Shown here piece after piece: positions 19,714 to 30,434 of a DNA stretch of 64,000 nt; the stretch's first letter is position 1; each line of letters opens with the position of its first letter. The notes below the pieces were generated by a model. That model made no database searches and had not been told where the DNA came from. It was given only the letters and a program-made list of their open reading frames with translations. This stretch comes from an uncultured Methanoregulaceae archaeon. Lineage in GTDB: Archaea > Halobacteriota > Methanomicrobia > Methanomicrobiales > Methanospirillaceae. Made by a program: the position numbers and the translations under genes. Where the stretch lies: assembly GCA_963737635.1 (NCBI GenBank), contig CAVTTL010000001.1, positions 32,001 to 96,000 on the forward strand, read 5' to 3'.

Positions 19714-22396
19714 GCTCCTTCACGAACAGGTCCGCGATGGCATCGGGAAGCGAGGATTCTCACAGCTCTCCCCGGCACAGGAGCAGGCAATCCCCCTTAT
19801 CCTCGAAGAGAAAAACCTCGTCCTGATCGCACCAACCGGCACCGGCAAGACCGAGAGCGCAATGTTCCCGGTCTTTGACGCGCTCCTGAAGATGCCGCCG
19901 GGCGGGGGGTTCAAGGCACTGTACGTGACCCCCCTGCGCTCCCTTAACCGGGACATCCTCGCCCGGATGGAGTGGTGGTGTCGCGAGCTCGGCCTCACCG
20001 TTGGTGTCCGCCACGGGGACACCCCGCTCAACGAACGCCGGAAACAGGCGCTCTCCCCGCCCGATCTTCTCATCACCACCCCGGAGACGCTCCAGGCGAT
20101 CTTTATGGGGAAAAGGCTCCGCCAGCATCTCAAACACGTGCGATTTGTGATCATTGACGAAATCCACGAGATGGCCGCAAGCAAGCGGGGCGCACAGCTG
20201 GCAGTGGCGCTCGAACGCATTGTAGAATACGCCGGCGAATTCCAGCGCATCGGGCTTTCGGCGACCGTCGGCAACCCGGAGACCATCGCCCGGTTCCTCT
20301 GTGGTACACGTTCCTGCGAGATCGTGCAGGTTCCGGTGGCAAAACAACTGGATATTTCCGTCAGTTTCGTCGGCGATGATTTCAAATACCAGGTACAGGC
20401 ACTCGAACGGGCGCTCGATCGGGAAGGTTCAACGCTGGTCTTTGTCAACACCCGGGTGACTGCGGAAGCGCTCGGCCATGCCCTGTTCTCCCGGGGGGAC
20501 GTTGAAGTCCATCATGGTTCACTCTCCAAAGAAATCCGGATCGACGCTGAGGAGAGGTTCAAGAAAGGCGAGATCCGCACGCTCATCTGCACGTCGTCCA
20601 TGGAACTCGGCATCGACATCGGCAGGGTCGACCACGTGATCCAGTTCGGTTCACCCCGCGAGGTGGCTCGGTTGGTGCAGCGTGTAGGACGGGCCGGTCA
20701 TCAGCTCAACACCATCTCGCGCGGCACGATCCTTGCCACCGGTTTTGACGATCTGTTGGAGTCGCTCGTGATCACCCGGCGGGCGCAGGCAAACGAGATC
20801 GAGCCGGTGGTGCCGGAAGCCCAGGCAGCAGATGTGCTGGCAAACCAGGTCGCGGCGATGGCCGTAGAGTACGGCGAGATCGAACGCTCCCGGATCCGGA
20901 CGATTACCGGGCGCACATCCCTTTTTGCCAGCGCTGACCAGCTCCTCGACGACGTCTGTTCCCAACTCGAAGAGCACCGGCTTATCCGGATCGACGGTAC
21001 CCGGATCGTCACCACTTCACGCGCCCGGCGCTACCTCTCCAGCAACCTCTCGATGATCCATGATGAACGCAAGATCCCGGTCTACGATATGGTCTCGCGC
21101 CGGACCGTGGGAACGCTGGATGAATCGTTTGTCGTAGGCTGGGTGCATACCGGGGCGGTCTTCATCACCAAGGGCCAGCTCTGGCGGGTCCTGGACCTAA
21201 ACGAGGGGCGGCTCACGGTCGAACCGGCGAAAAAAGCGATCGGTGAGCTCCCCTCGTGGGAGGGCGAACAGATACCAGTCCCGTTTGCCGTCGCCCGGGA
21301 AGCTGGTGCGATCCGGCGCGAACGCACTACCGGGCAGTACACCAAAGAAAAAGAGAGCATTGCGTTTGTTTCCCATGTCCTCTCCGAGATGGAGAAGAAC
21401 CGGTGCAGGATCCCGACAGACCGGCTCATCACGTTTGAGAATATCGACGATGGCGTGGTCTGCAATGTCTGCGCAGGCCACAAGGCTAACGAGGCGCTGG
21501 GCCGGGTGCTCTCGATTTTAATCTCGGCACGGTACGGGACAACCGTCGGGATCGAACTGGACGCATACCGGATCCTGCTGCGCCTGCCTTCCGCGGTCCG
21601 GGCCGCTGACGTCCGCGACTTCCTTTTATCCCTTGAACCCGCCCACATGCCCGGTATCCTCCGGCTCGCTCTCAAGCGCACGGCGCTCTTCAAGTGGAAA
21701 CTGGTCCAGATCGCAAAAAAGTTTGGCGCGATTGACCCGGACGCTGATTACGAGAAGATCAGCATCCAGCGGCTGCTCGACTATTTCGATAATACCGTCG
21801 TCCAGCAAGAGGCATACCGCGAACTGCTTTCCGGGTATATGGATGTGGATGCCGCAGCACAGATCATAAGCCTCATCAAGACCGGCGAGATTGAAGTCGC
21901 CATCGGCCCTCACTCAATCATCGGCGCAGATGGCATCCTTTCTTCCCGGGATATGATCCCCCCGCCGACTGCAGACCAGGCCGTGCTTGCCACTCTGAAA
22001 CGGCGGCTCGAGCAGGACGAAGTCATCCTTGCCTGCATGAACTGCCGGAGCTGGAAGAGCAAAACGGTTGTTTCCCGGGTGCCAGACGTCCCCCAGTGCC
22101 CCAAGTGCGGCGCCCGGCTGATCGCTGCCCTCAAACCGTACGAGGGGGATGCCTACGATATCGTCTCCAAGAAGAAAAAAACCGAGGAGGAAAAGGCCAT
22201 CGAACAACGCTTGTTTCGGAACGCGAACATCGTGCTTTCGAGCGGGAAAAAAGCAGTGATCGCGCTCTCGGCCCGGGGGGTAGGACCGGAGCATGCATCC
22301 CGAATCCTTGCCACCCTTGCAGACGGCGATGCCTTTTACCGCGAGATCCTGAAAGCAGAGCGGACGTTCATCCAGACGCACCGGTACTGGGCATAA
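19703..22396 (+). CDS. lhr: Lhr-like SF2 DEAD/DEAH helicase with C-terminal Zn finger
   Basis: APTGTGKTE, DEIH, SAT, QRVGRAGH, PSWEGE and CxxC...CPKCG motifs. Confidence 0.9.
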   Translation: MVLELLHEQVRDGIGKRGFSQLSPAQEQAIPLILEEKNLVLIAPTGTGKTESAMFPVFDALLKMPPGGGFKALYVTPLRSLNRDILARMEWWCRELGLTVGVRHGDTPLNERRKQALSPPDLLITTPETLQAIFMGKRLRQHLKHVRFVIIDEIHEMAASKRGAQLAVALERIVEYAGEFQRIGLSATVGNPETIARFLCGTRSCEIVQVPVAKQLDISVSFVGDDFKYQVQALERALDREGSTLVFVNTRVTAEALGHALFSRGDVEVHHGSLSKEIRIDAEERFKKGEIRTLICTSSMELGIDIGRVDHVIQFGSPREVARLVQRVGRAGHQLNTISRGTILATGFDDLLESLVITRRAQANEIEPVVPEAQAADVLANQVAAMAVEYGEIERSRIRTITGRTSLFASADQLLDDVCSQLEEHRLIRIDGTRIVTTSRARRYLSSNLSMIHDERKIPVYDMVSRRTVGTLDESFVVGWVHTGAVFITKGQLWRVLDLNEGRLTVEPAKKAIGELPSWEGEQIPVPFAVAREAGAIRRERTTGQYTKEKESIAFVSHVLSEMEKNRCRIPTDRLITFENIDDGVVCNVCAGHKANEALGRVLSILISARYGTTVGIELDAYRILLRLPSAVRAADVRDFLLSLEPAHMPGILRLALKRTALFKWKLVQIAKKFGAIDPDADYEKISIQRLLDYFDNTVVQQEAYRELLSGYMDVDAAAQIISLIKTGEIEVAIGPHSIIGADGILSSRDMIPPPTADQAVLATLKRRLEQDEVILACMNCRSWKSKTVVSRVPDVPQCPKCGARLIAALKPYEGDAYDIVSKKKKTEEEKAIEQRLFRNANIVLSSGKKAVIALSARGVGPEHASRILATLADGDAFYREILKAERTFIQTHRYWA

Positions 22397-22525
22397 GGTT
22401 TCCCGGACGGTGCTACCCCAATACGTTTTACCCGATAGTACTTCGTGAAAGGTCCACCGGGATAATCAGTGCAAAGGAAATTCGTAAAAAAAGAGATTCG
22501 TGGTGCAGGTACGCCGGCACCCGTA

Positions 22526-23080
22526 TTACATAATGCTTTCGAGTTTCTGTTCGAGGAAATCGAGGCCTTTCTTGATATCGTCGAGGTTCTTGCCACCGGT
22601 CAGGATAATCTTTCCCGAAGAGAAGAGGAGTGCGACAATTTTCGGGTCCTTGATCCGGTATACGAGGCCCGGGAACTGCTCTGGTTCATACTCGATGTTT
22701 TCGAGATTGAGAGTCACAACGACCTTGTTGAGGTTGATATATTTGCCAATGTCGTAGGAGCAGACGATATTGGTGATCGAAACCCGGGGCTTATCCAGCG
22801 TTTTCACCCCCGCCTGCTTCAGGGACTTGATGATGATGGCAAGCCCGTCTTTTAACGCCTTGTCGTCCCGGATACCGGTGAGCACAACTTTACCCGAGGA
22901 GAAGATCAGGGATGCGATCTTGGGATTCTCGATACGGTATACGGCACCGGGGAACCTCTTGGTATTGAGCTCGCAGCTCTTGATCTTGCTTGAAACCTCG
23001 TTGAGATCAATGGACTCGGCGATGACTCCTGAAGCCACGACATTCTCAATTTTTAATGAATCATACCGTTTGTCAGCCAT
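22526..23080 (-). CDS. tbp: TATA-box binding protein
   Basis: IENVVAS, two FPG..YR repeats and two LFSSGK repeats. Confidence 0.97.
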   Translation of the reverse strand: MADKRYDSLKIENVVASGVIAESIDLNEVSSKIKSCELNTKRFPGAVYRIENPKIASLIFSSGKVVLTGIRDDKALKDGLAIIIKSLKQAGVKTLDKPRVSITNIVCSYDIGKYINLNKVVVTLNLENIEYEPEQFPGLVYRIKDPKIVALLFSSGKIILTGGKNLDDIKKGLDFLEQKLESIM

Positions 23081-23276
23081 CCTGTATACTATGAAGTGTG
23101 TCGAATCATAATACTAATGGGGAACCTTTATGTCCCCTACCTGTTCTCTGACGGGAGGCCGCAGCGGGAGCGAACGCCTGCACAAAAACTGCCCGGGACC
23201 GCTCTTCTCAAAAGCTAAAGGACAGCATTGAAATGGAAATACCATGAATATTTTCAATCATATTCGGGCTGATTCT

Positions 23277-24944
23277 ATGGGCGAAGACCGGCACAACATG
23301 GAAGATTACGAGCAGACAAAGGCGACGTTTAGCATCGAAGTTCCCGAGTACTACAACTTCGGCTTTGACGTCATCGATGCCTGGGCAAAAAAGGACCGGA
23401 ACAAGCTTGCCATGATCTGGGCAAACCAGAACGGCGAGGAGAAGAAGTTCAGTTTCCTCGACATGTCCAACCTCTCCAACCAGGCAGCGAACGTTCTGTT
23501 GAAATACGGGATCAACAAGGGCGACCGCGTCTTCCTTATGCTCCCCCGGATCCCGGAGTGGTGGATCTTTGTGATCGCGCTTATCAAGCTCGGCGCTGTC
23601 TACTGCCCGGCCCCGACCATGCTCACCCCCCGGGACATCAAATACCGGATCAACAAAGGTAAATTCCGGATGGTCATTACCGATCTGGAAAATGCGGGCA
23701 AGATTGAGGAGATCTGCAACGAATGCCCGACACTCTCCTGCCGGTTTGTCGTGGATGCAGAGATCAAAGGCTGGGCAAGCTGGCCCTACGAGCTGCTGTA
23801 CCCGGCTCCGGTCTCCCACCATTCTGTCAGTATTCCCGACGAACGGCGCACGAAAAGTACCGATCCGATGCTGATTTATTTCACCTCCGGTACCGTGGGG
23901 GAGCCAAAGATGGTGCTCCACAACCACGACCACCCGCTCGGCCAGATCGTCACCGCCCGGTTCTGGCAGGACATCAGGCACAACGACCTGCACTTTACCG
24001 TCACCGATACCGGCTGGGCAAAATGCGGATGGGGAAAAATCTTCGGCCAGTGGATCGAAGGGGCCTGCCTCTTTGTCTATAACTTCACCGGGAAGTTCAA
24101 CGCAACCGAGCTCCTCCCGCTCCTTGAGAAGTACCAGATCACCACGTTTTGCTGCCCGCCCACGATCTACCGGATGCTGATCCTCGCGGATCTCGATAAG
24201 TTCGATTTCTCATCATTACGCCACTGCACCAGTGCCGGCGAACCTCTCAATCCTGAAGTGATCCGGGTCTGGAAAGAAGGCACCGGCCTTGCCATCCGGG
24301 AAGGGTACGGCCAGAGCGAGACCTGCTGCTGTGTCGCCGAATTCCCGTGCCTCGAGCTCCGGCCCGGTTCCATGGGGAAACCCTCGCCGGGCTGGAATGT
24401 GGCGATCCATGATGACGAGGGCCGGCCGGTCGGTGTCCGGGAAGAGGGCAGGATCGCGATCTCCGTTACTCCTCCGCCACCCGGTCTCTTTGTGGAGTAC
24501 CTGGATAACCCCGACGAGAACAAAAAATCGTTTGTCAAGGGCTGGTATTACACGGGAGACAAGGCGTACAAGGACGAAGACGGGTTCTACTGGTTCGTGG
24601 GCCGGGACGATGATGTGATAAAATCGTCCGGTTACCGGATCGGGCCGTTCGAGGTCGAGAGTGCGTTAATCGAGCACCCGGCCGTCAGGGAGGCTGCGGT
24701 CGTGGGTGCACCGGACCGGCTCCGGGGATTGATCGTGAAGGCGTTCGTTGTCCTCAACGAAGGGTACGAGCCCTCGGAGATGCTTGTCCGGGAGATCAAG
24801 ACCTACGTGAAACGCACTACCGCACCCTACAAGTACCCCCGGGCCATCGAATTTGTCGACGATCTTCCCAAAACCCATTCCGGCAAGATCCGGCGCGCTG
24901 AGCTGCGCGAACGGGAACTCCGGAAATACCGGGAACTCAAGTAA
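23277..24944 (+). CDS. Acyl-CoA synthetase (medium-chain/MACS-like, AMP-forming)
   Basis: YFTSGTVGEPK, EGYGQSE, YYTGD, GRDDD and PKTHSGKIRR motifs; exact start uncertain (23244-23298). Confidence 0.92.
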   Translation: MGEDRHNMEDYEQTKATFSIEVPEYYNFGFDVIDAWAKKDRNKLAMIWANQNGEEKKFSFLDMSNLSNQAANVLLKYGINKGDRVFLMLPRIPEWWIFVIALIKLGAVYCPAPTMLTPRDIKYRINKGKFRMVITDLENAGKIEEICNECPTLSCRFVVDAEIKGWASWPYELLYPAPVSHHSVSIPDERRTKSTDPMLIYFTSGTVGEPKMVLHNHDHPLGQIVTARFWQDIRHNDLHFTVTDTGWAKCGWGKIFGQWIEGACLFVYNFTGKFNATELLPLLEKYQITTFCCPPTIYRMLILADLDKFDFSSLRHCTSAGEPLNPEVIRVWKEGTGLAIREGYGQSETCCCVAEFPCLELRPGSMGKPSPGWNVAIHDDEGRPVGVREEGRIAISVTPPPPGLFVEYLDNPDENKKSFVKGWYYTGDKAYKDEDGFYWFVGRDDDVIKSSGYRIGPFEVESALIEHPAVREAAVVGAPDRLRGLIVKAFVVLNEGYEPSEMLVREIKTYVKRTTAPYKYPRAIEFVDDLPKTHSGKIRRAELRERELRKYRELK

Positions 24945-25028
24945 CCCGAACTATCATCACCTTTATTTTTAGAAATTCCGCCGCTTTGTCCATATCCGGG
25001 CACCAAAAAAACATGAGCCCGGATATTT

Positions 25029-25069
25029 CTGGTGCACAAAAAAAGCAAAATCCTGATAAAGTGCACCAG
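25029..25069. promoter_or_regulatory. 9-bp inverted repeat CTGGTGCAC-N23-GTGCACCAG, candidate operator
   Basis: Perfect inverted repeat ending 13 nt before ATG 25083 of the RHH-fused synthetase. Confidence 0.5.
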
Positions 25070-25082
25070 CGAACCAACAAGT

Positions 25083-26913
25083 ATGGTGCGGTATTCAGTT
25101 TCCATGGACGATACGCTCACAGATAGTATCGATAAGGCCTGCGAACAACGGAAGATTTCGCGTTCCGACTGGATCGCAGAGGCCTGCAGCGGTCACCTGG
25201 CTAGTGCATCAACTCTTACCTGTACCCTTCCTCAACCAGGGTCAACCGGGCCGAATATGAACGATTACGATACCACCTACCGGGACTTCCGGATCGATGT
25301 TCCGGAGTACTTTAACTTCGGCTTTGACGTGATCGACGCCTGGGCAAAGAAAGACCGGAACAAGCTTGCCATGATCTGGACGAACCAGAAGGGCGCCGAG
25401 AAGAAATTCACCTTCTGGGACCTGATGCGGCTTTCCAACCAGGTTGTGAACATGCTCATCAAGTACGGTGTGAGCAAGGGTGACCGGGTCCTTATCATGC
25501 TGCCCCGGGTACCGGAGTGGTGGATCGCTACTATTGCTCTCATCAAGCGCGGCGCGGTCTATTGTCCCGCCCCGACCATGCTCACCGAACACGACCTGAA
25601 GTACCGGATCAATGCCGCAGAGATCAAGATGGTCATCACCTCCGAAGAGCATGCTGACAAGATCGATGCCATTGCCGGAGAATGCCCGTCCCTGAGCTGC
25701 CGCTTCCTTGTCGATGGTAAACGCGAAGGGTGGATCAGTTACCCGGTCGAACTCGATTACCCGGCGCCGGTCTCGGCAAAACTGGTCAACCTCCCCGGCA
25801 TGAAAAAGACCAAAGCCACCGATCCGATGCTCATCTTCTTTACTTCCGGAACCACCGGGGAGGCAAAGATGGTGCTGCACAGCCAGAGCTACGCGCTCGG
25901 CCATATCGTGACCTCCCGGTTCTGGCACGACATCCGCCAAAACGACCTCCACTTCACGTTCTCTGACACCGGCTGGGGAAAGAGCGCATGGGGGAAACTG
26001 TACGGCCCCTGGCTTGAGGGAGCTGCCATCTTTGTCTACGATATCCGGGGCCGGTTCAACGCGACCGAACTCCTGCCGCTGATCGAACATTATGGCATAT
26101 CGACGTTCTGCTGCCCGCCCACGATCTACCGGATGCTGATCCTTGCCGATCTTGACAAGTTTGACTTTACCGAGCTCAGGCACTGCGTTAGTGCGGGTGA
26201 GCCGCTCAACCCCGAGGTCATCAAGGCCTGGAAGGATACGACCGGCCTGACTATCTACGAAGGCTACGGCCAGACCGAGACCGTGCTCTGCATCGGGACG
26301 TTCCCCAGCATGGAGGCGCGCTTTGGGTCGATGGGCAAGCCCGCGCCCGGCTGGGTGATTGAGCTCCACGACGAGCGCGGGAACCCGGTAGGCGTTCACG
26401 AGGAAGGAAGGATTGCGATCAAGGTCGATCCCCGGCCGGTCGGGATGTTCTTAGAATATCTCGATAATCCCGAAGAGAACAAGAAATCGTTTGTGAACGG
26501 CTGGTATTACACGGGCGACAAGGCATACAAGGATGAGGACGGTTACTACTGGTTCATCGGCCGGGACGATGACGTGATCAAGGCCTCCGGATACCGGATC
26601 GGGCCGTTTGAGGTAGAGAGCGCTCTTATTGAACATCCCTCTGTACCAGGAGGCAGCTGTCGTCGGTTCTCCGGATGATATCCGGGGGATGATTGTCAAG
26701 GCCTTTGTGATCCTGAAACCCGGGTTTGAGGCCTCGGATGCTCTTGTCCGGGATCTCCAGAGTCATGTGAAAAAAGTGACGGCGCCGTACAAGTATCCCC
26801 GGGCGATTGAGTTCGTTGAATCGTTGCCCAAGACCATTTCTGGCAAGATCCGGAGGATCGAATTGCGTGAGAAGGAACTCAAACGGTATTCAGGCAACCA
26901 GAACAAGCATTGA
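25083..26913 (+). CDS. Acyl-CoA synthetase with N-terminal ribbon-helix-helix (CopG-like) domain (frameshift at ~26646)
   Basis: [35 protein letters not shown] precedes a close paralog of the upstream synthetase; the C-terminus continues in ORF 26629-26913. Confidence 0.85.
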
Positions 26914-26940
26914 ATGCTGACAGGTCCCTTTTCCCTTATC

Positions 26941-26949
26941 TTTATTAAA
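26941..26949 (+). promoter_or_regulatory. TATA box of the tRNA-Leu gene
   Basis: TTTATTAAA 24-32 nt upstream of the tRNA 5' end. Confidence 0.6.
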
Positions 26950-26972
26950 CCGGGAACATAATCTATACAGGC

Positions 26973-27057
26973 GCGAGGGTAGCCAAGCCAGGTCAACGGC
27001 GCCAGGTTCAGGGCCTGGTCTCGCAGGAGTTCTTGGGTTCGAATCCCATCCCTCGCA
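26973..27057 (+). tRNA. tRNA-Leu (anticodon CAG)
   Basis: Acceptor stem GCGAGGG/CCCTCGC + A; anticodon stem CCAGG/CCTGG with loop TTCAGGG; long variable arm; GGTTCGAATCC T-arm. Confidence 0.95.
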
Positions 27058-27300
27058 TCTTTTCTAAAAAAGGTCTCTCTTGAAACGGAATTGCATGAAA
27101 AAGTAAATAATCTAAAATCTCCCCTACGTAATTTCCCCCTTACTTCGGATCTGCTCCTCAATGAACTTGCGGATCTCCTCTTTTCCAGGAAGTGCTATCT
27201 GGTATTTCGAGACAGACAACTGGTTCGATTGCAACGAGCTCTTCAAAATGAGTATTGTTATCGGTACAGCTATACCTGAACAAAAGAAAGTAACAGATGC

Positions 27301-27330
27301 TTTATATTGTAAACATCCATACATTTACAC
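27301..27330 (+). promoter_or_regulatory. TATA box plus palindromic operator TGTAAA-N10-TTTACA (copy 1), leaderless start
   Basis: TTTATAT-TGTAAA-CATCCATACA-TTTACA-C-ATG; near-identical copy at 30405-30434. Confidence 0.75.
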
Positions 27331-27780
27331 ATGTTCTTACCCACGAATGAGAAACAGTTCACGTTCTGGAAGATGCGTCGCAGCGGGATGCAGAATGTCG
27401 CCATTGCAAACGAGCTCGGCCTCACACGACAGGGTGTCTCCCAGGCACTCCGTGCGATGGACGAGAAGATCGATACCTCGCTGCGGGAGATGGCCAAGGC
27501 AAACAGAATCCAGGTTGAGAAGATCGATGTGGAGCGGGGTGTCCTGTTCGGGAAGTCGATTCCGTTCCAGACTAATGCCTATATCTTCGTCTCGGAGAAG
27601 CACGGCATGCAGGTCTGGTACGAGCATGACGGGAATTGCATTTCCTGCGACGAGTTCACCAAATGCATTGAGTTCATCTGGGACTTCGCTGCCGAGCTTG
27701 GGATAAAACTTGAAAAGACCCAGGACCCGACAAAGATGGCAGAGGAACTGCTTGCAAAGATCCGGGAGGATCAGGTATGA
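27331..27780 (+). CDS. HTH DNA-binding protein with C-terminal His/Cys cluster
   Basis: NVAIANELGLTRQGVSQAL HTH; HDGNCISCDEFTKC putative metal site. Confidence 0.75.
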   Translation: MFLPTNEKQFTFWKMRRSGMQNVAIANELGLTRQGVSQALRAMDEKIDTSLREMAKANRIQVEKIDVERGVLFGKSIPFQTNAYIFVSEKHGMQVWYEHDGNCISCDEFTKCIEFIWDFAAELGIKLEKTQDPTKMAEELLAKIREDQV

Positions 27781-28868
27781 CCCGCATATCTGAAATTACC
27801 GAACACTGGTTCGGCCTGTGCCGGAAACCACCGGCAGTACATGCACTGCAGACAGGTATCGGTATCCCGCCGGAATCCGCCTATGAGGGACTCCCGGATG
27901 GCGGGGGCGGAGGATCGGGAACGATCCGTAGGGGGATCGGCGCAGCCCTCTTGGGGATGAGGACATTGAACCGGAACCGGTAGCTCCTCTGGTTTACGCT
28001 CCTTGCCGGGCTTGTGCTGGCGGGGAACACCCTCGGCCAGGCAGCACTCTACGCCATCGACTGGACCTGGACCACGCAACCTGTCATTGTATGGCATGTC
28101 CTGAACTTTTTAATCGAGTTTGCAACACTGTTCTCTCTGGTGTTCTTACTGGCGGGCCTTGTCTTGGGCGTCTCGTCAAAGAAAAAAGGTTCTGCCTCGT
28201 TTTTCGGTGAGCCTGCAAGGGCAAAAAAATACCTTAAAGCAATCTTCTTGTGGTCTTTTGTTCTGGCACTCGCGGGCATACTGCTCGACATTATGTTCTA
28301 TTATGTGCCCGTCTGGTTCCAGCACGAGCTCGGGTTCCTCTATGGCTTTGGGCATTTGGATTCTTTCCTTACCGGCATGTTCCTCCAGTTCCCCTTCAAC
28401 CTGACGCTCTATCCGATGAAAACCATTGGCGATCCGGTGGTCGGGCTGGCATGGATATATCCCTATGGGTTCATGCAGGCCCTGATCTTCTTGGCGATCA
28501 ACCTGCTCCTGCTTATCCTGACCCCGTTTGTCGTGCCCTCTATCGTTCTCGAGCAAAAGACCCTCAGGGAGGCAGTCGCGGGATCGTTTGCCATGATGAA
28601 AAAAACCTGGGCTGAGGTAGCCGCCTGCGCCGTCTTCCTTGGCGTTGTCGCATTCGGTGTGTTCCTGACGTATTATCTCGTCCAGGCAGCACACGGGATG
28701 CTCACTCCACCCGTGTTTGTCTACTCGCGTCCCACCGACATGTGGTTTGCTCTTGGCGTCCTCTATGATCTCGCACTGTTTGGCGTTGCATTTGTGGTGG
28801 CAACAGTCGGAGGCATCGCAGTGCTTGACCTCTACAGGAATGCGAAGATCCGGGAGAGTGCGGCATGA
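27777..28868 (+). CDS. Multi-pass membrane protein, paralog 1 (in-frame TAG at 27981-27983; error or pseudogene)
   Basis: ORFs 27777-27983 and 28014-28868 are in the same frame; the paralog has CAA (Gln) at this codon; ATGA overlaps on both sides. Confidence 0.7.
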
Positions 28869-30273
28869 CTCTCCTCTCAACGGTTTCAGACTATTGGCTC
28901 GGCCTGTGCCGGAGACCACCAGCAGTACATGCCCTCCAGACAGGTATTGGTATCCCGGAACCAGTCCATGAGGGCAGCCCGGATGGTGGGGGCGGCGGAC
29001 CGGGAACGATCCGACGGGGAACCGGGGCCGCCCTTTCAGGAATGAAAACCCTTATCCATAACCCGCAACTCCTCTGGTTCTCGCTCCTGGCCGGACTTGT
29101 GCTGGCCATACATTCCATCGCCCAGTGCTGGCTCATCGTATTCCCCTCATCATCAGAGTGGCGGTTTTTCTTTGACCCCGACTCTGTCCGTTTACTCCCA
29201 TCACTTGCCCTCACTTTTGTGGCCGGGCTCGTGACGGTGTTCTGCCTGGGGTTCTTACTGGCGGGCCTTGCCTTAAGCATCTCATCAAAGAAAGACCGTC
29301 CTGTCTCATTCTTCCAGGGACTCAACACGGCAAAAAAATACCTGACACCTCTTACCGGGGGGTCCGTGGTTGTGGCACTCGCAGGGATCCAGCTCTTCGT
29401 TCATCCCTTCATCGTCCAAGGGGCGCTCTTCGTTCGCAACCCCCGGTGGCTGCTCTTCATCGATCCCTACTATGCCGGTTTACTCACATCGCTTGTCCTG
29501 ACATTTGTGATCGAGCTCCTGACGGTGTTCTGCCAGGTATTCTTACTGGCGGCCCTTATCCTGAGCATTTCTTCAAAGGAAAGCGGTCCGGTCCCAGTCT
29601 TCCAAGGGCTTAACAAGGCAAAAAAATATTTGAAGCCTCTTACCGGGTGGTCCGTGGTTGTGGCACTCGCCGGCAGTCTGCTCTTCATCGCTGGCGAATA
29701 TTCTTATCTGATGAGCTCGGTCATCTGGCAATCCCTGATCAATGTGCTCAACCAGTTCCCCTTCACCTTTATCCTGAACTACCTTCTCCCGCGGCCCCCT
29801 TCATCGCCCTCCTGCCACCAAACCTGTGGTGGGGATTTAGCAGTGCACTCGTGGATACCCTGATCCTTTCAGCAATCAACGTACTCCTGTTCGCCTTGAC
29901 CTTGTTTGTAGTACCCCTGCTCGTGCTTGGGAGGAAGAGCCTGAAGGAGGCGGTTTTGGGATCATTTACCCTGATGAAGAAGATCTGGGGTGAAGTGGCA
30001 GCCTGCATTCTCGGCCTTGGAATGGTAGTATTTGTTGCCTCGCTCATGTTCCTGCTCTTCCCGTTTTCCGGGGTTGATCATATGTGGCGGGATGCCGGCC
30101 AACTGTACACTTCGTACACACCCCCCGGTGTTGAGTGGATCGCTCTCGGCTTCCTGTATGTACTTGCCCTGTCCAGCCTTGTGCTAGTCGTGGCAACAGT
30201 CGGGGGAATTGCAACACTGGATCTCTACACATTTGCAAAGACGGGGCAAATGTCCGGACCCGCTGAAACGTAA
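28865..30273 (+). CDS. Multi-pass membrane protein, paralog 2 with internal duplication (frameshift at ~29792)
   Basis: Same WLGLCR...GGGGPGTIRRG N-terminus as paralog 1; repeated SLxLTFV...AKKYLxPLTG.SVVVALAG unit; C-terminus in ORF 29647-30273. Confidence 0.7.
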
Positions 30274-30404
30274 AACTCCCCGCATACCTATTTTTTACCC
30301 CTGAACGCCGATTCTGCAGACATGCGATCCAGATAGCAAATATCTGCAAACCATTCAGTTCCGGTGAGTGGGTTACCAGATAAAAAAATAAATGGAGGAT
30401 AACT

Positions 30405-30434
30405 TTTATATTGTAAATATGCATACATTTACAT
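30405..30434 (+). promoter_or_regulatory. TATA box plus palindromic operator TGTAAA-N10-TTTACA (copy 2)
   Basis: TTTATAT-TGTAAA-TATGCATACA-TTTACA-T-ATG; same geometry as copy 1. Confidence 0.75.

Noticed and set aside
27981-27983. In-frame amber codon as pyrrolysine or stop readthrough
   Set aside because: The paralog has Gln here, the TAG overlaps an AGCT site where other errors cluster, and no pyl genes are in the window. A base-calling error or simple nonsense mutation is more likely.
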